A stretch of 64,000 nt of DNA from a virus. Position numbers and translations under genes: made by a program. This document shows positions 41,785 through 49,262 of this stretch, one piece after another (position 1 is the first letter of the stretch; each line of letters begins with the position of its first letter). Location: positions 6,966 to 70,965 of the IMG/VR virus record IMGVR_UViG_3300032050_000093; one strand, given 5' to 3'. The notes beneath the pieces were generated by a model. It worked only from the letters and a program-made list of their open reading frames with translations, searched no databases and was not told the origin of the DNA.

Positions 41785-42164
41785 ATATCACAAATTGAAT
41801 ATTGAGTAGTAGTTATTGTTTCAATACATGTTGTTGTAGTTGTTGGTTGTAATGTAGTAGTTGGTACGACTGTTGTTGTAGATGTCGTAGAAGTAGAAGT
41901 TGTAGATGTTGTCGTATGACATTCTGGAAATAATTTTTCTAATAATTTTAACAACAAATCTGTAACAGATGCTCCTGAATCTACACCAAAACATGCTAAC
42001 CCATCATTTCCACTATCTTCAGTGTCGTCATTTTCAAATATGATGCAATTAGATAAATAAAGTTGTTCACATGGAGTACACTCAGGACATTCTGGTACAC
42101 AGTAGACCTTTTTGGGTACAATCTTTGAACAATTTTCACAAACTTTGCATCTTTTTTTCATCAC
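41775..42164 (-). CDS. Small Cys-rich, Thr-rich protein
   Basis: CPECTPCEQLYLSNCII N-domain and C-terminal T/S tract. Confidence 0.55.
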   Translation of the reverse strand: MMKKRCKVCENCSKIVPKKVYCVPECPECTPCEQLYLSNCIIFENDDTEDSGNDGLACFGVDSGASVTDLLLKLLEKLFPECHTTTSTTSTSTTSTTTVVPTTTLQPTTTTTCIETITTTQYSICDICP

Positions 42165-42169
42165 TACTT

Positions 42170-42190
42170 TACATTATAATATACTAAAAA
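42170..42190 (-). promoter_or_regulatory. Putative late promoter driving the mucin-like/glycosylation block
   Basis: Minus strand ttaGTATATTATAATgtaa. Confidence 0.5.
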
Positions 42191-42229
42191 TTATTAACTT
42201 TTTAAAATTTATTAGTTAACAATGTTAAG

Positions 42230-43105
42230 TTATGTTTTAATTTTTTCAATCGCCAAACATACTTCTCCTTGCATTCTCATTAATCTGCTCATATCTGTAA
42301 AAGATATAAAAGCTCTACCATTTAACCCCCACTTTCTACCCCAACTGTTTTTAATTCTAAATAATCTTCTATTTAAATCAACACCGTTTATTACATAGGC
42401 ATGAGCTCCAAGTATTCTACCTGTTGCTGACATAAGACCTGTTCTTAAATTTGGTCTCATCATGTTTGAATACCAATATGTTCCAACAACAACAGGTCCT
42501 GTATTTAAAACAGTATTTGCAAGAACATTAACATCTCTTGTCCAATAGTAGTTTTGTATAAAACCTTCTTGTTGTAGTATTTTAGCACCTGCTCTTATTG
42601 ATGTGCCATTGTAATTTTCACCAGGCCATTCATCTATTTTTTGAGCTGCTTTATAAACTGTATTTGGATTTAATATTGGTTGAGGAGATGCAGGCTGATA
42701 AACTGGACCATCTTCTAGCCAATGTATCCAAGAATAAGCAACACATTCAGAAGTATTACCTTGATTTCCCCACCATTGCTCATCATCCCAATATTGAATT
42801 CTTTTTGTCTGTGATGTAGAATAAAAAGGAGAATTTGCAATTAAATATTTATTATCTCTTGCATCAAAAGAATAAATTCTTCCAAATTTTTCTTCCATTA
42901 ATGAGATTGAAAAATCATCGTTAATTGTTTGCCAATCAACAATTTTTTTTCTCATATCCAACAAATCAAAATCTCTTGTTCTTTTACAAGATTCTAAACC
43001 ATATCTCATTTCAAGCATCATTTGATATACAGTATCTGCATACTGTATATAAATACTTATTTTATCATCAGATAAATCACGACATGGTTTTAAATTACAA
43101 CTCAT
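42230..43105 (-). CDS. Papain-like (C1A) cysteine peptidase with N-terminal extension
   Basis: NQGNTSECVAYS (oxyanion Gln, catalytic Cys), GAHAYVING (His), IKNSWGRKWGLNG (Asn). Confidence 0.85.
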   Translation of the reverse strand: MSCNLKPCRDLSDDKISIYIQYADTVYQMMLEMRYGLESCKRTRDFDLLDMRKKIVDWQTINDDFSISLMEEKFGRIYSFDARDNKYLIANSPFYSTSQTKRIQYWDDEQWWGNQGNTSECVAYSWIHWLEDGPVYQPASPQPILNPNTVYKAAQKIDEWPGENYNGTSIRAGAKILQQEGFIQNYYWTRDVNVLANTVLNTGPVVVGTYWYSNMMRPNLRTGLMSATGRILGAHAYVINGVDLNRRLFRIKNSWGRKWGLNGRAFISFTDMSRLMRMQGEVCLAIEKIKT

Positions 43106-43290
43106 TATGTGTTATTTTGATTTTGTTCAGCATTTTCATTTTGTTGGTTGTTTTGGGATTGTTGTCTAAGTTCTTCAAGTTTGTTTTCATAGTCAGTTAG
43201 ACATTTTGTACAAACTAATTTTCCATCTGTAGCATGACGTCTTTGACATCCACATGTAATTTGTGAATCACAGTTTAAACACTTTTGCAT
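43105..43290 (-). CDS. Small Zn-finger-like protein
   Basis: CLNC..CGC..CTKC, 61 aa, translationally coupled to the protease gene. Confidence 0.55.
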   Translation of the reverse strand: MQKCLNCDSQITCGCQRRHATDGKLVCTKCLTDYENKLEELRQQSQNNQQNENAEQNQNNT

Positions 43291-43308
43291 ATATTATTGG
43301 TTTTTAGA

Positions 43309-43866
43309 TTACTTACATGAATAACAACAATTATCAGGAAATCTATCTAGTCTTTTCTTTGCATAATTATACAAATCCATCCCAGCATCTATATCATGAC
43401 AATATTCTACTTTTGCTTTTGCAGCATCTATGAAAGATTTAATTAATCTTAGTTCATTTAAATCTTTTTTAACATCTTCTTTTGGATCACATGCTGCCAT
43501 TTCAAGTTGACATAATTGTTTATACCATTGATCCATTATCATTGTAATACGTAAATGTTCATATTCTACAAATACTTTACTATTAGGACTAACAGAGTAT
43601 TTTATATGATAAACACCATCTGGTAAATCTGATAATACTTCTCCACAATTACTTACTTGAAGTTGTAAATCACATGCTGTTAAAACTAAATCAAAAGCAT
43701 TTGTCACTTCAAACATTACAGCATCATTAAACCCAGGTACAGTAACTTCTAGTGTTTCATTACCAACACCTAATCTTTCACTATATACGCTTGTATCTGT
43801 TATTTTAAAAGTACCTATATTTTTAACATCTAATACTTCTAAACTTAATTGATGTTTTGATGCCAT
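43309..43866 (-). CDS. Conserved crAss-like structural protein
   Basis: 185 aa. LPDGVYHIKYSV motif. Located after the auxiliary capsid gene. Confidence 0.55.
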   Translation of the reverse strand: MASKHQLSLEVLDVKNIGTFKITDTSVYSERLGVGNETLEVTVPGFNDAVMFEVTNAFDLVLTACDLQLQVSNCGEVLSDLPDGVYHIKYSVSPNSKVFVEYEHLRITMIMDQWYKQLCQLEMAACDPKEDVKKDLNELRLIKSFIDAAKAKVEYCHDIDAGMDLYNYAKKRLDRFPDNCCYSCK

Positions 43867-43933
43867 ATTATTTTCTTTACAAAATTAAATAGATGTTCCC
43901 AATAAAAATATACAAATTTTTATACATATATCC

Positions 43934-43972
43934 AAAAAAAAGAAGGGGACTTATAGAGTCCCCAGCTTTTTT
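43934..43972 (-). terminator. Rho-independent terminator (possibly bidirectional)
   Basis: GGGGACT/AGTCCCC inverted repeat flanked by A and T runs, right after 43989-45455. Confidence 0.7.
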
Positions 43973-43988
43973 ATTTTAGGTTGAAATA

Positions 43989-45455
43989 TTAACCTTGAGA
44001 AACTGTTGTTGTTTCTGTGTTTGGTATTGCAGGTACAGCTGCTGTAACCAAACTACAAGCACAATTTCCATAATTAGGATATCCACCATCACCAAAAGGT
44101 TGAGCAGGAGCAGGAGCAGCACCTTCAGCACCAGCACAATATTGTTCAATTTGAAGACCTGGGCAACAATTGTTAAGAATAGCTTGAAGTTGATTAATAA
44201 ATGTAGTAGCATTAGCTCCTTCTTCAAGATAGATAGTCAACAAATATTGATCATTATCAAATGTACCAGTAGGATTATTAAAACGAGGTACACTATGAAG
44301 AATGTTGATAGAGTTAAAGAAGCTATTACGATCAACTGTTGCAAGAACAGGATTAGCTTCAATTTCTCTCATCCTCAAATGATCAACACGAGAACTATCA
44401 GGATATGCTTCTTGACGATAGCGACCATCAAGGATCAAGTTACGAAGAACAGTTTCTCCAACACCTTGAGCTTGAACAGGTTCTTGAACATCAGGAGTGT
44501 AAACACCATTGTTCCAAGTACCAGTGATGCTAACGCATTGTACATTACAAGGATCTCCAGACTCATCAACTACAGAAGCATAAAGCTCCAGAGGTTGAAG
44601 TTCATAGAAATCAGTAGGAGTGAAAGTACAATATCCAAACTTAGTTTCAAGATAAGCAACCTCAAATGTTACTTTAGCTTTAAGATCGCAATCATTAAAA
44701 TCAGTTTCTGTATCAACAGGATATTGATCAACAAGCGCAACAAATCCAGATACAGTATTTTGAATAAGAGGATCTTCACCTGTATACTCAGGATCATAAG
44801 AACCAACTAAATCACCATTTGAATCATTAACACTAACTTTCAAGAAATTAGTAAGAATAGGATTTTCAATAGATTGTTTAGCCCATTTAATAGCAACAAT
44901 TGTAGGATCTACAATAGCTCCAGTACAAGTAGCTGTACAATCATCTGTGCAACATCCTGTAAAGGCATCTAAAGTACGATAGATGTTATGAGACAAGAAA
45001 CGTAAAGCAGGAGAACCTTTCAAATCTAAACGAAGACGATAGGTTTTGCCACACTCAACTTTACCAATCTCAATGTCTTTAACTTGGTTTACAGGAGGAG
45101 TAGAACAAGTGAGGAACACCTTAGAGATATACTTAGGGTTGATCACTTTAGATTTTACTGACTCTTGATAACCACCATGGTAAGGTCCAATCTTATCTTT
45201 TGTAAAATAAGAACCTTGCGCAAGGATGAAAGGTTTACCACTGTTTGTAGGATTTGGACCAGATGGATTAATAGCTTGATAAGTGTTTGCATCAAACAAA
45301 CCAATTTGACCTGGTTGAAGATCAGCTGTAGTACCAGAAGTAAGTTGATCAATTACACTACCTACAGGTGCAAGTTCTTGAGGACCAGGAGCAGCTGGAA
45401 TAGGTTCAATCCATTTTGCTAGAAACGATTTTCGAAACGCGTGATTAAAATACAT
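43989..45455 (-). CDS. Auxiliary capsid / major structural protein (crAss-like)
   Basis: 488 aa starting MYFNHAF, with ILHSVPRFNNPTGTFDNDQYLL. Own promoter and terminator, which suggests high expression. Confidence 0.6.
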   Translation of the reverse strand: MYFNHAFRKSFLAKWIEPIPAAPGPQELAPVGSVIDQLTSGTTADLQPGQIGLFDANTYQAINPSGPNPTNSGKPFILAQGSYFTKDKIGPYHGGYQESVKSKVINPKYISKVFLTCSTPPVNQVKDIEIGKVECGKTYRLRLDLKGSPALRFLSHNIYRTLDAFTGCCTDDCTATCTGAIVDPTIVAIKWAKQSIENPILTNFLKVSVNDSNGDLVGSYDPEYTGEDPLIQNTVSGFVALVDQYPVDTETDFNDCDLKAKVTFEVAYLETKFGYCTFTPTDFYELQPLELYASVVDESGDPCNVQCVSITGTWNNGVYTPDVQEPVQAQGVGETVLRNLILDGRYRQEAYPDSSRVDHLRMREIEANPVLATVDRNSFFNSINILHSVPRFNNPTGTFDNDQYLLTIYLEEGANATTFINQLQAILNNCCPGLQIEQYCAGAEGAAPAPAQPFGDGGYPNYGNCACSLVTAAVPAIPNTETTTVSQG

Positions 45456-45486
45456 TGTTTTTAAATTTTAAGGGTTTACAAATAAA

Positions 45487-45508
45487 TATATAATATAATA
45501 TACTAATT
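45487..45508 (-). promoter_or_regulatory. Putative late promoter
   Basis: Minus strand ttaGTATATTATATTatata. Confidence 0.5.
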
Positions 45509-45519
45509 ATTTTTTAATT

Positions 45520-46116
45520 CTACAAATAATCTTTTATTTCATGATCAAGAAGACGCATTGCTATCTTATCTTCTCCAAATGCATTGAGTTGATCCACCCA
45601 GTTTTGCATTTTACCATGTTCTTCATTTTGCTCTTTAAGATAATGTAGAGCTAGTTCATACAACATATGTGAGCCATCTTTAAGTGCATGATTAGCAAGA
45701 TCACTACATTGATTTGTAATCTGAATCTCATGATCAAAAGATTGTCTAATAATATCAGGAAGACCACCAAATGTTTCAGCTGGTTGTTCTAAGGTAGCTG
45801 TAGCAGGTTGTACTCCCATATTAAGAAGATACTCGCGCGCGATGTCAGCATGTCCTCTTTCTTCATCTGAATACTTTTTCCAAAGTTTAGCTGCGTTTAC
45901 ATAGCCAGCATTGTCTAACCAAAGAGACATTGCTAAATAAATACGAGAAGATTGATCTTCTTGCTGAACACGATAATTAAGAAAACTAATGCAAGACTCA
46001 TCAATTAAAGCATTTTTACCTTTTGTAGAAGCTGTTTTAATTCCTGTTTTAATAGGTTCTTTACTAACATCAGATCCTTTTGTACTAAAAATTGTAGGTC
46101 TTGCTATCTTTTGCAT
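45520..46116 (-). CDS. ftnA: Ferritin (non-heme, FtnA-like)
   Basis: Ferroxidase ligands: QQE..S.RIYLAM, EERGHA, FDHE, YLKEQNEEH. Confidence 0.85.
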   Translation of the reverse strand: MQKIARPTIFSTKGSDVSKEPIKTGIKTASTKGKNALIDESCISFLNYRVQQEDQSSRIYLAMSLWLDNAGYVNAAKLWKKYSDEERGHADIAREYLLNMGVQPATATLEQPAETFGGLPDIIRQSFDHEIQITNQCSDLANHALKDGSHMLYELALHYLKEQNEEHGKMQNWVDQLNAFGEDKIAMRLLDHEIKDYL

Positions 46117-46118
46117 AA

Positions 46119-46820
46119 TTAACTATTTCCTTGTACGGATTGTTGTTCTCTTTGATATTGTGTAACTGATTCAATATCTCCAGCTAATATCATAGCTGTT
46201 TGATCAGCAATTATTTCAGCAACATCGTCTTTTAATTCACATTCTTGATTAGTTGCAACTGCTGTTCCAGTTTTAGGATTAATACACCCTTGAAATAATA
46301 TTTCTCTAGGTTTTCTATAATAAGTCAGTTTTACATCTGTTATATCAAATTCATCATTTGTGTAAACTCTAACAGTGTCACCAACTAATGTAGCCAATGT
46401 TTCCCCCCATTCAAAACTAGGACCCTTTGAATCGCTTGTTAATAGAATCCCCATATTTGCTTCTTCAGTTTGATATATTGTCATTCTTCTTTTTTCTGTA
46501 CAACAATCACTTGTTGCAAAAGCATCCACTCTTATAAAATATAAATAATCTTGAGGAAGATCAGATTGATAAAAATATTTTTTATCTATAGAAGGTAAAG
46601 TCTGATCTTTAATAAGAATTTGTAAATCATCAACAATTCCTGTTGATTCTTCAGAACCTTGCTGTCTAGTATTAATACCATAAATCTGTCTTCTCACCCA
46701 TTCAAATTGAGCTTTATTTACAGCTTCTTGAATTTGCCAACATTCAATATTGTCATAATCAAATGAAGCTAATTTATTAAGCCTTTGTTTTATTTTTATT
46801 TGAAGAAGATTGTTGTTCAT
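46119..46820 (-). CDS. Head-tail connector / ring protein (crAss conserved)
   Basis: 233 aa. NKAQ, DDLQIL, LPQDYL and YYRKP motifs. Synteny downstream of the MCP. Confidence 0.6.
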   Translation of the reverse strand: MNNNLLQIKIKQRLNKLASFDYDNIECWQIQEAVNKAQFEWVRRQIYGINTRQQGSEESTGIVDDLQILIKDQTLPSIDKKYFYQSDLPQDYLYFIRVDAFATSDCCTEKRRMTIYQTEEANMGILLTSDSKGPSFEWGETLATLVGDTVRVYTNDEFDITDVKLTYYRKPREILFQGCINPKTGTAVATNQECELKDDVAEIIADQTAMILAGDIESVTQYQREQQSVQGNS

Positions 46821-46984
46821 TATTTGTTTTTAGCCATTGCTTTAAATGTCTTGGCAAGATTATATCTTTTACTACCAGCTGGACAAGAAGAAGATCCAAA
46901 CTTAGATCCTGTACAAACACCTTCTGTTCCACGTTTTTTAATAGAAGCAGTTGCTGATTGAATCCATTTTTTCTTTGATGCCAT
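46820..46984 (-). CDS. Small basic protein
   Basis: MASKKKWIQ...GVCTGSKFGSSSCPAGSKRYNLAKTFK. Start reassigned to the ATG at 46984 because a separate ORF occupies 46986-47135. Confidence 0.55.
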   Translation of the reverse strand: MASKKKWIQSATASIKKRGTEGVCTGSKFGSSSCPAGSKRYNLAKTFKAMAKNK

Positions 46985-46985
46985 G

Positions 46986-47135
46986 TTATTTCTTTTTAGC
47001 TTTAATCTTTTTTTCTTGTTTAAGCATTTCAGCTGTAGGTTTTTTACCTGATCCTTTAGCATCACGGATATTGTCCCATAGTCCACGTTGACTATAGGAC
47101 CCATCCTTACGTTTTATCATTTCTTTCTTTGCCAT
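46986..47135 (-). CDS. Small basic protein (49 aa, not in ORF track)
   Basis: MAKKEMIKRKDGSYSQRGLWDNIRDAKGSGKKPTAEMLKQEKKIKAKKK. ATG overlaps the upstream stop (TAATG). Confidence 0.6.
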   Translation of the reverse strand: MAKKEMIKRKDGSYSQRGLWDNIRDAKGSGKKPTAEMLKQEKKIKAKKK

Positions 47136-48151
47136 TATTTGTTCCAGTATTGTTCTACTTTTTTAGTGAGGTCAACAAGAATTTCTTCGTTTAAAGGATT
47201 CTTAAGATATTCTACGACATCAGATTGTGTACGTCCTAACATTGTTGTAGTGGTCATATGATAAATAAATCCATCAGCTTTTGTAGCAATCATCTTATAA
47301 TAATGGGCATCTTTTACAAGAGCACGAATTTTAAGAGATTCCATATCTAATCCTACCACTTCAAGAAACTTCTCTGCTGTTTTGCGTTTGTTTTTTTCTA
47401 AAAGATCACCATTAATATACTTATCCATGTTATCATAAATAACATCATTAGGTGTAGACTTTTTGTATTGTGCACTATTAGGATCTAACAGTTTTGCAAC
47501 ATAGAAAAGTTTATTAGTATTTTTATCAAAGAGCTTTTGAAGTTCAGAAAGAGCTTTGTTTCTAAGCTTCTTCACTTCTGTATTTGTAGATACTGTTTCT
47601 TCTAGTTTATCTAAAAAGAACTTAGGAGGAACAGGCATTTTACGAGCATCATCAAGTGATTTTGCAATCATTGAAAACCCACCAGCTTCAATTGCGTATA
47701 ATTTAATAAGATCATATGGATCTTTTTCAGGTTCTAAATGAAGAGGTTCATTTCCAACACGAATCACAATTTTATCCCAAAGATTACTGTTATTAGGTCC
47801 AGCAATTTTAACCTTATTCCAAAAATCACTATCTTCAGGATCAAGAACATTTGCTGCCAACACTTTCTCTAAATGACAAACTATTTTTCTAATTTCTTTA
47901 ACTCTAGCTTCTTGTTCATCTAAAGGAAGATCTTTAATCTCAGGAGCAAATTCATTTAATCCAGTGAGATAACGTTTGATTCCGTTGATTTCTAAACAAG
48001 CTAATTGTTCTTCATGTACAGCACCGTCAAAGAGCGTCAATCCATATTTTTGAAGCCCCATGTTATCTACATTGGCATCAAAAAAAGGTCTTACAGCAAT
48101 ACTTGATTTTTTGTTTTGTGGATACTTTTCCACGATAGTAACACTACTCAT
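47135..48151 (-). CDS. Conserved crAss-like protein downstream of MCP (gene 75-like)
   Basis: 338 aa. YLTGL, FWNKV and YLKNPLNEEI motifs, plus synteny. Confidence 0.65.
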   Translation of the reverse strand: MSSVTIVEKYPQNKKSSIAVRPFFDANVDNMGLQKYGLTLFDGAVHEEQLACLEINGIKRYLTGLNEFAPEIKDLPLDEQEARVKEIRKIVCHLEKVLAANVLDPEDSDFWNKVKIAGPNNSNLWDKIVIRVGNEPLHLEPEKDPYDLIKLYAIEAGGFSMIAKSLDDARKMPVPPKFFLDKLEETVSTNTEVKKLRNKALSELQKLFDKNTNKLFYVAKLLDPNSAQYKKSTPNDVIYDNMDKYINGDLLEKNKRKTAEKFLEVVGLDMESLKIRALVKDAHYYKMIATKADGFIYHMTTTTMLGRTQSDVVEYLKNPLNEEILVDLTKKVEQYWNK

Positions 48152-48197
48152 GTTTGGTTTTTTATTGGTTTATAAGATGGTTACAATATGTAACCGA

Positions 48198-48428
48198 TTA
48201 ATCTAAAATTTTTGAAATCCAACTTTGTTGAATTTGGTCTTCTTTATTTTTTTCTGCGCGCGCGAGAGCTTTTGATAATTCAGCATCAGTAAGCATTAAT
48301 GCTTTTACACCACTACCTGTTTTTACAAGTACTGTGGTATATTCTTCATTTTCATTTGAAAATGTTTTTGTTTTTTGATTTTTAATTCTTACAAGCTTAC
48401 CAATTCTTGTGTAAATTTCTTGTGCCAT
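48198..48428 (-). CDS. Hypothetical protein
   Basis: 76 aa ORF tightly packed in the operon. Confidence 0.55.
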   Translation of the reverse strand: MAQEIYTRIGKLVRIKNQKTKTFSNENEEYTTVLVKTGSGVKALMLTDAELSKALARAEKNKEDQIQQSWISKILD

Positions 48429-48429
48429 T

Positions 48430-48882
48430 TTAATCTATTTTAATTATTTCGTAATAAAGATACAAATTATCCCAGGAAGATGCAGCATCAAGATTTTTAA
48501 TTTCAATTAAAAATTCTGTTGGAGCAAATCCTCTACCTATTGCAATTGGAGTCACTGCTGTATTTGTCGTATATACAGAAAGTTGAATATAAAATTTAGT
48601 GCGATCTGCTGTAATTTCATCATTCTTTAAATATATATACAAACTAGTAGCTGCACTACCTGCATTTTCAATATCTAAAATTCCTTTTTTAGATTCAATT
48701 GGCACAGTAATTACAGATCCAGTAGCCATATCTACTTCATATGTTACTATATCATAGACATCTCTTGAGAGTCTATTCACGTGCGCGATACGCGCAGGTG
48801 CTGCTTCACTTTCCTTCCATTGTTGCTTAAGAGCAATATCTGGACTACCAGGAACTTGAATAAGTTTTTTTAAAGAAATCAA
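48430..48882 (-). CDS. Putative capsid decoration / structural protein
   Basis: 150 aa beta-rich ORF near the MCP. TTG start. Confidence 0.45.
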   Translation of the reverse strand: MISLKKLIQVPGSPDIALKQQWKESEAAPARIAHVNRLSRDVYDIVTYEVDMATGSVITVPIESKKGILDIENAGSAATSLYIYLKNDEITADRTKFYIQLSVYTTNTAVTPIAIGRGFAPTEFLIEIKNLDAASSWDNLYLYYEIIKID

Positions 48883-48970
48883 TGTTTTAATTTTAAAGAA
48901 CCTGTCGAGAGTTGCAAACTCCCCAAGTGATCAGTTTGGTATGCTTACAACAGGTTGAGGGTACGGATTA

Positions 48971-48986
48971 TGTTTCACGTGGAACT
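48971..48986. promoter_or_regulatory. parS-like palindrome
   Basis: TGTTTCACGTGGAACT, a 15/16 match to the canonical parS TGTTTCACGTGGAACA. Confidence 0.55.
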
Positions 48987-49182
48987 AACACTTTTTAGAA
49001 CCACCGTTTTTCATTTTTTGAGCTGTAGATTGTACAGTGACAGATTTATTACCACCACCTACTTTTCCAGTAGCTTTTGTTTGAGCTGACACACTTGCAT
49101 TTTTAGTACCAGTGTAACGTGTTGCTGATCCCTGTGCTTTAGATGGAGCAACAGATTTTGAAGTTTTGGAATTTCCAGCCAT
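48985..49182 (-). CDS. Small basic Lys/Ser/Thr/Gly-rich protein
   Basis: 65 aa, low complexity, basic, ends in MKNGGSKKC. Directly downstream of the MCP. Confidence 0.55.
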   Translation of the reverse strand: MAGNSKTSKSVAPSKAQGSATRYTGTKNASVSAQTKATGKVGGGNKSVTVQSTAQKMKNGGSKKC

Positions 49183-49215
49183 TATTTAATTTTTAAATTG
49201 TTAATATATATAAAG

Positions 49216-49250
49216 ACCTGGGTGCTGTTCTTATGGGAAGCAACCCAGGT
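49216..49250 (-). other. Stem-loop with CCCATAAGAAC loop after the MCP gene
   Basis: Minus strand ACCTGGG-T-TGCT-[TCCCATAAGAAC]-AGCA-CCCAGGT. The same loop recurs at 57949-57968. Confidence 0.55.
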
Positions 49251-49262
49251 ACTGTTATATTA

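Noticed and set aside
29320-41920. Dense gtagaagt/gttgatgt-type short repeats as CRISPR or non-coding satellite
   Set aside because: They are in-frame Thr/Ser codons with synonymous variation and have no constant repeat-spacer structure.
43976-44227. Alternative-frame ORF as a programmed frameshift extension of the auxiliary capsid protein
   Set aside because: The Leu-rich sequence is typical of an off-frame shadow, it ends only 13 nt past the main stop, and no slippery site was identified.
46985-47104. N-terminal 40 aa of the 94 aa ORF in the track
   Set aside because: Better explained by a separate 49 aa gene in another frame plus a start at 46984.
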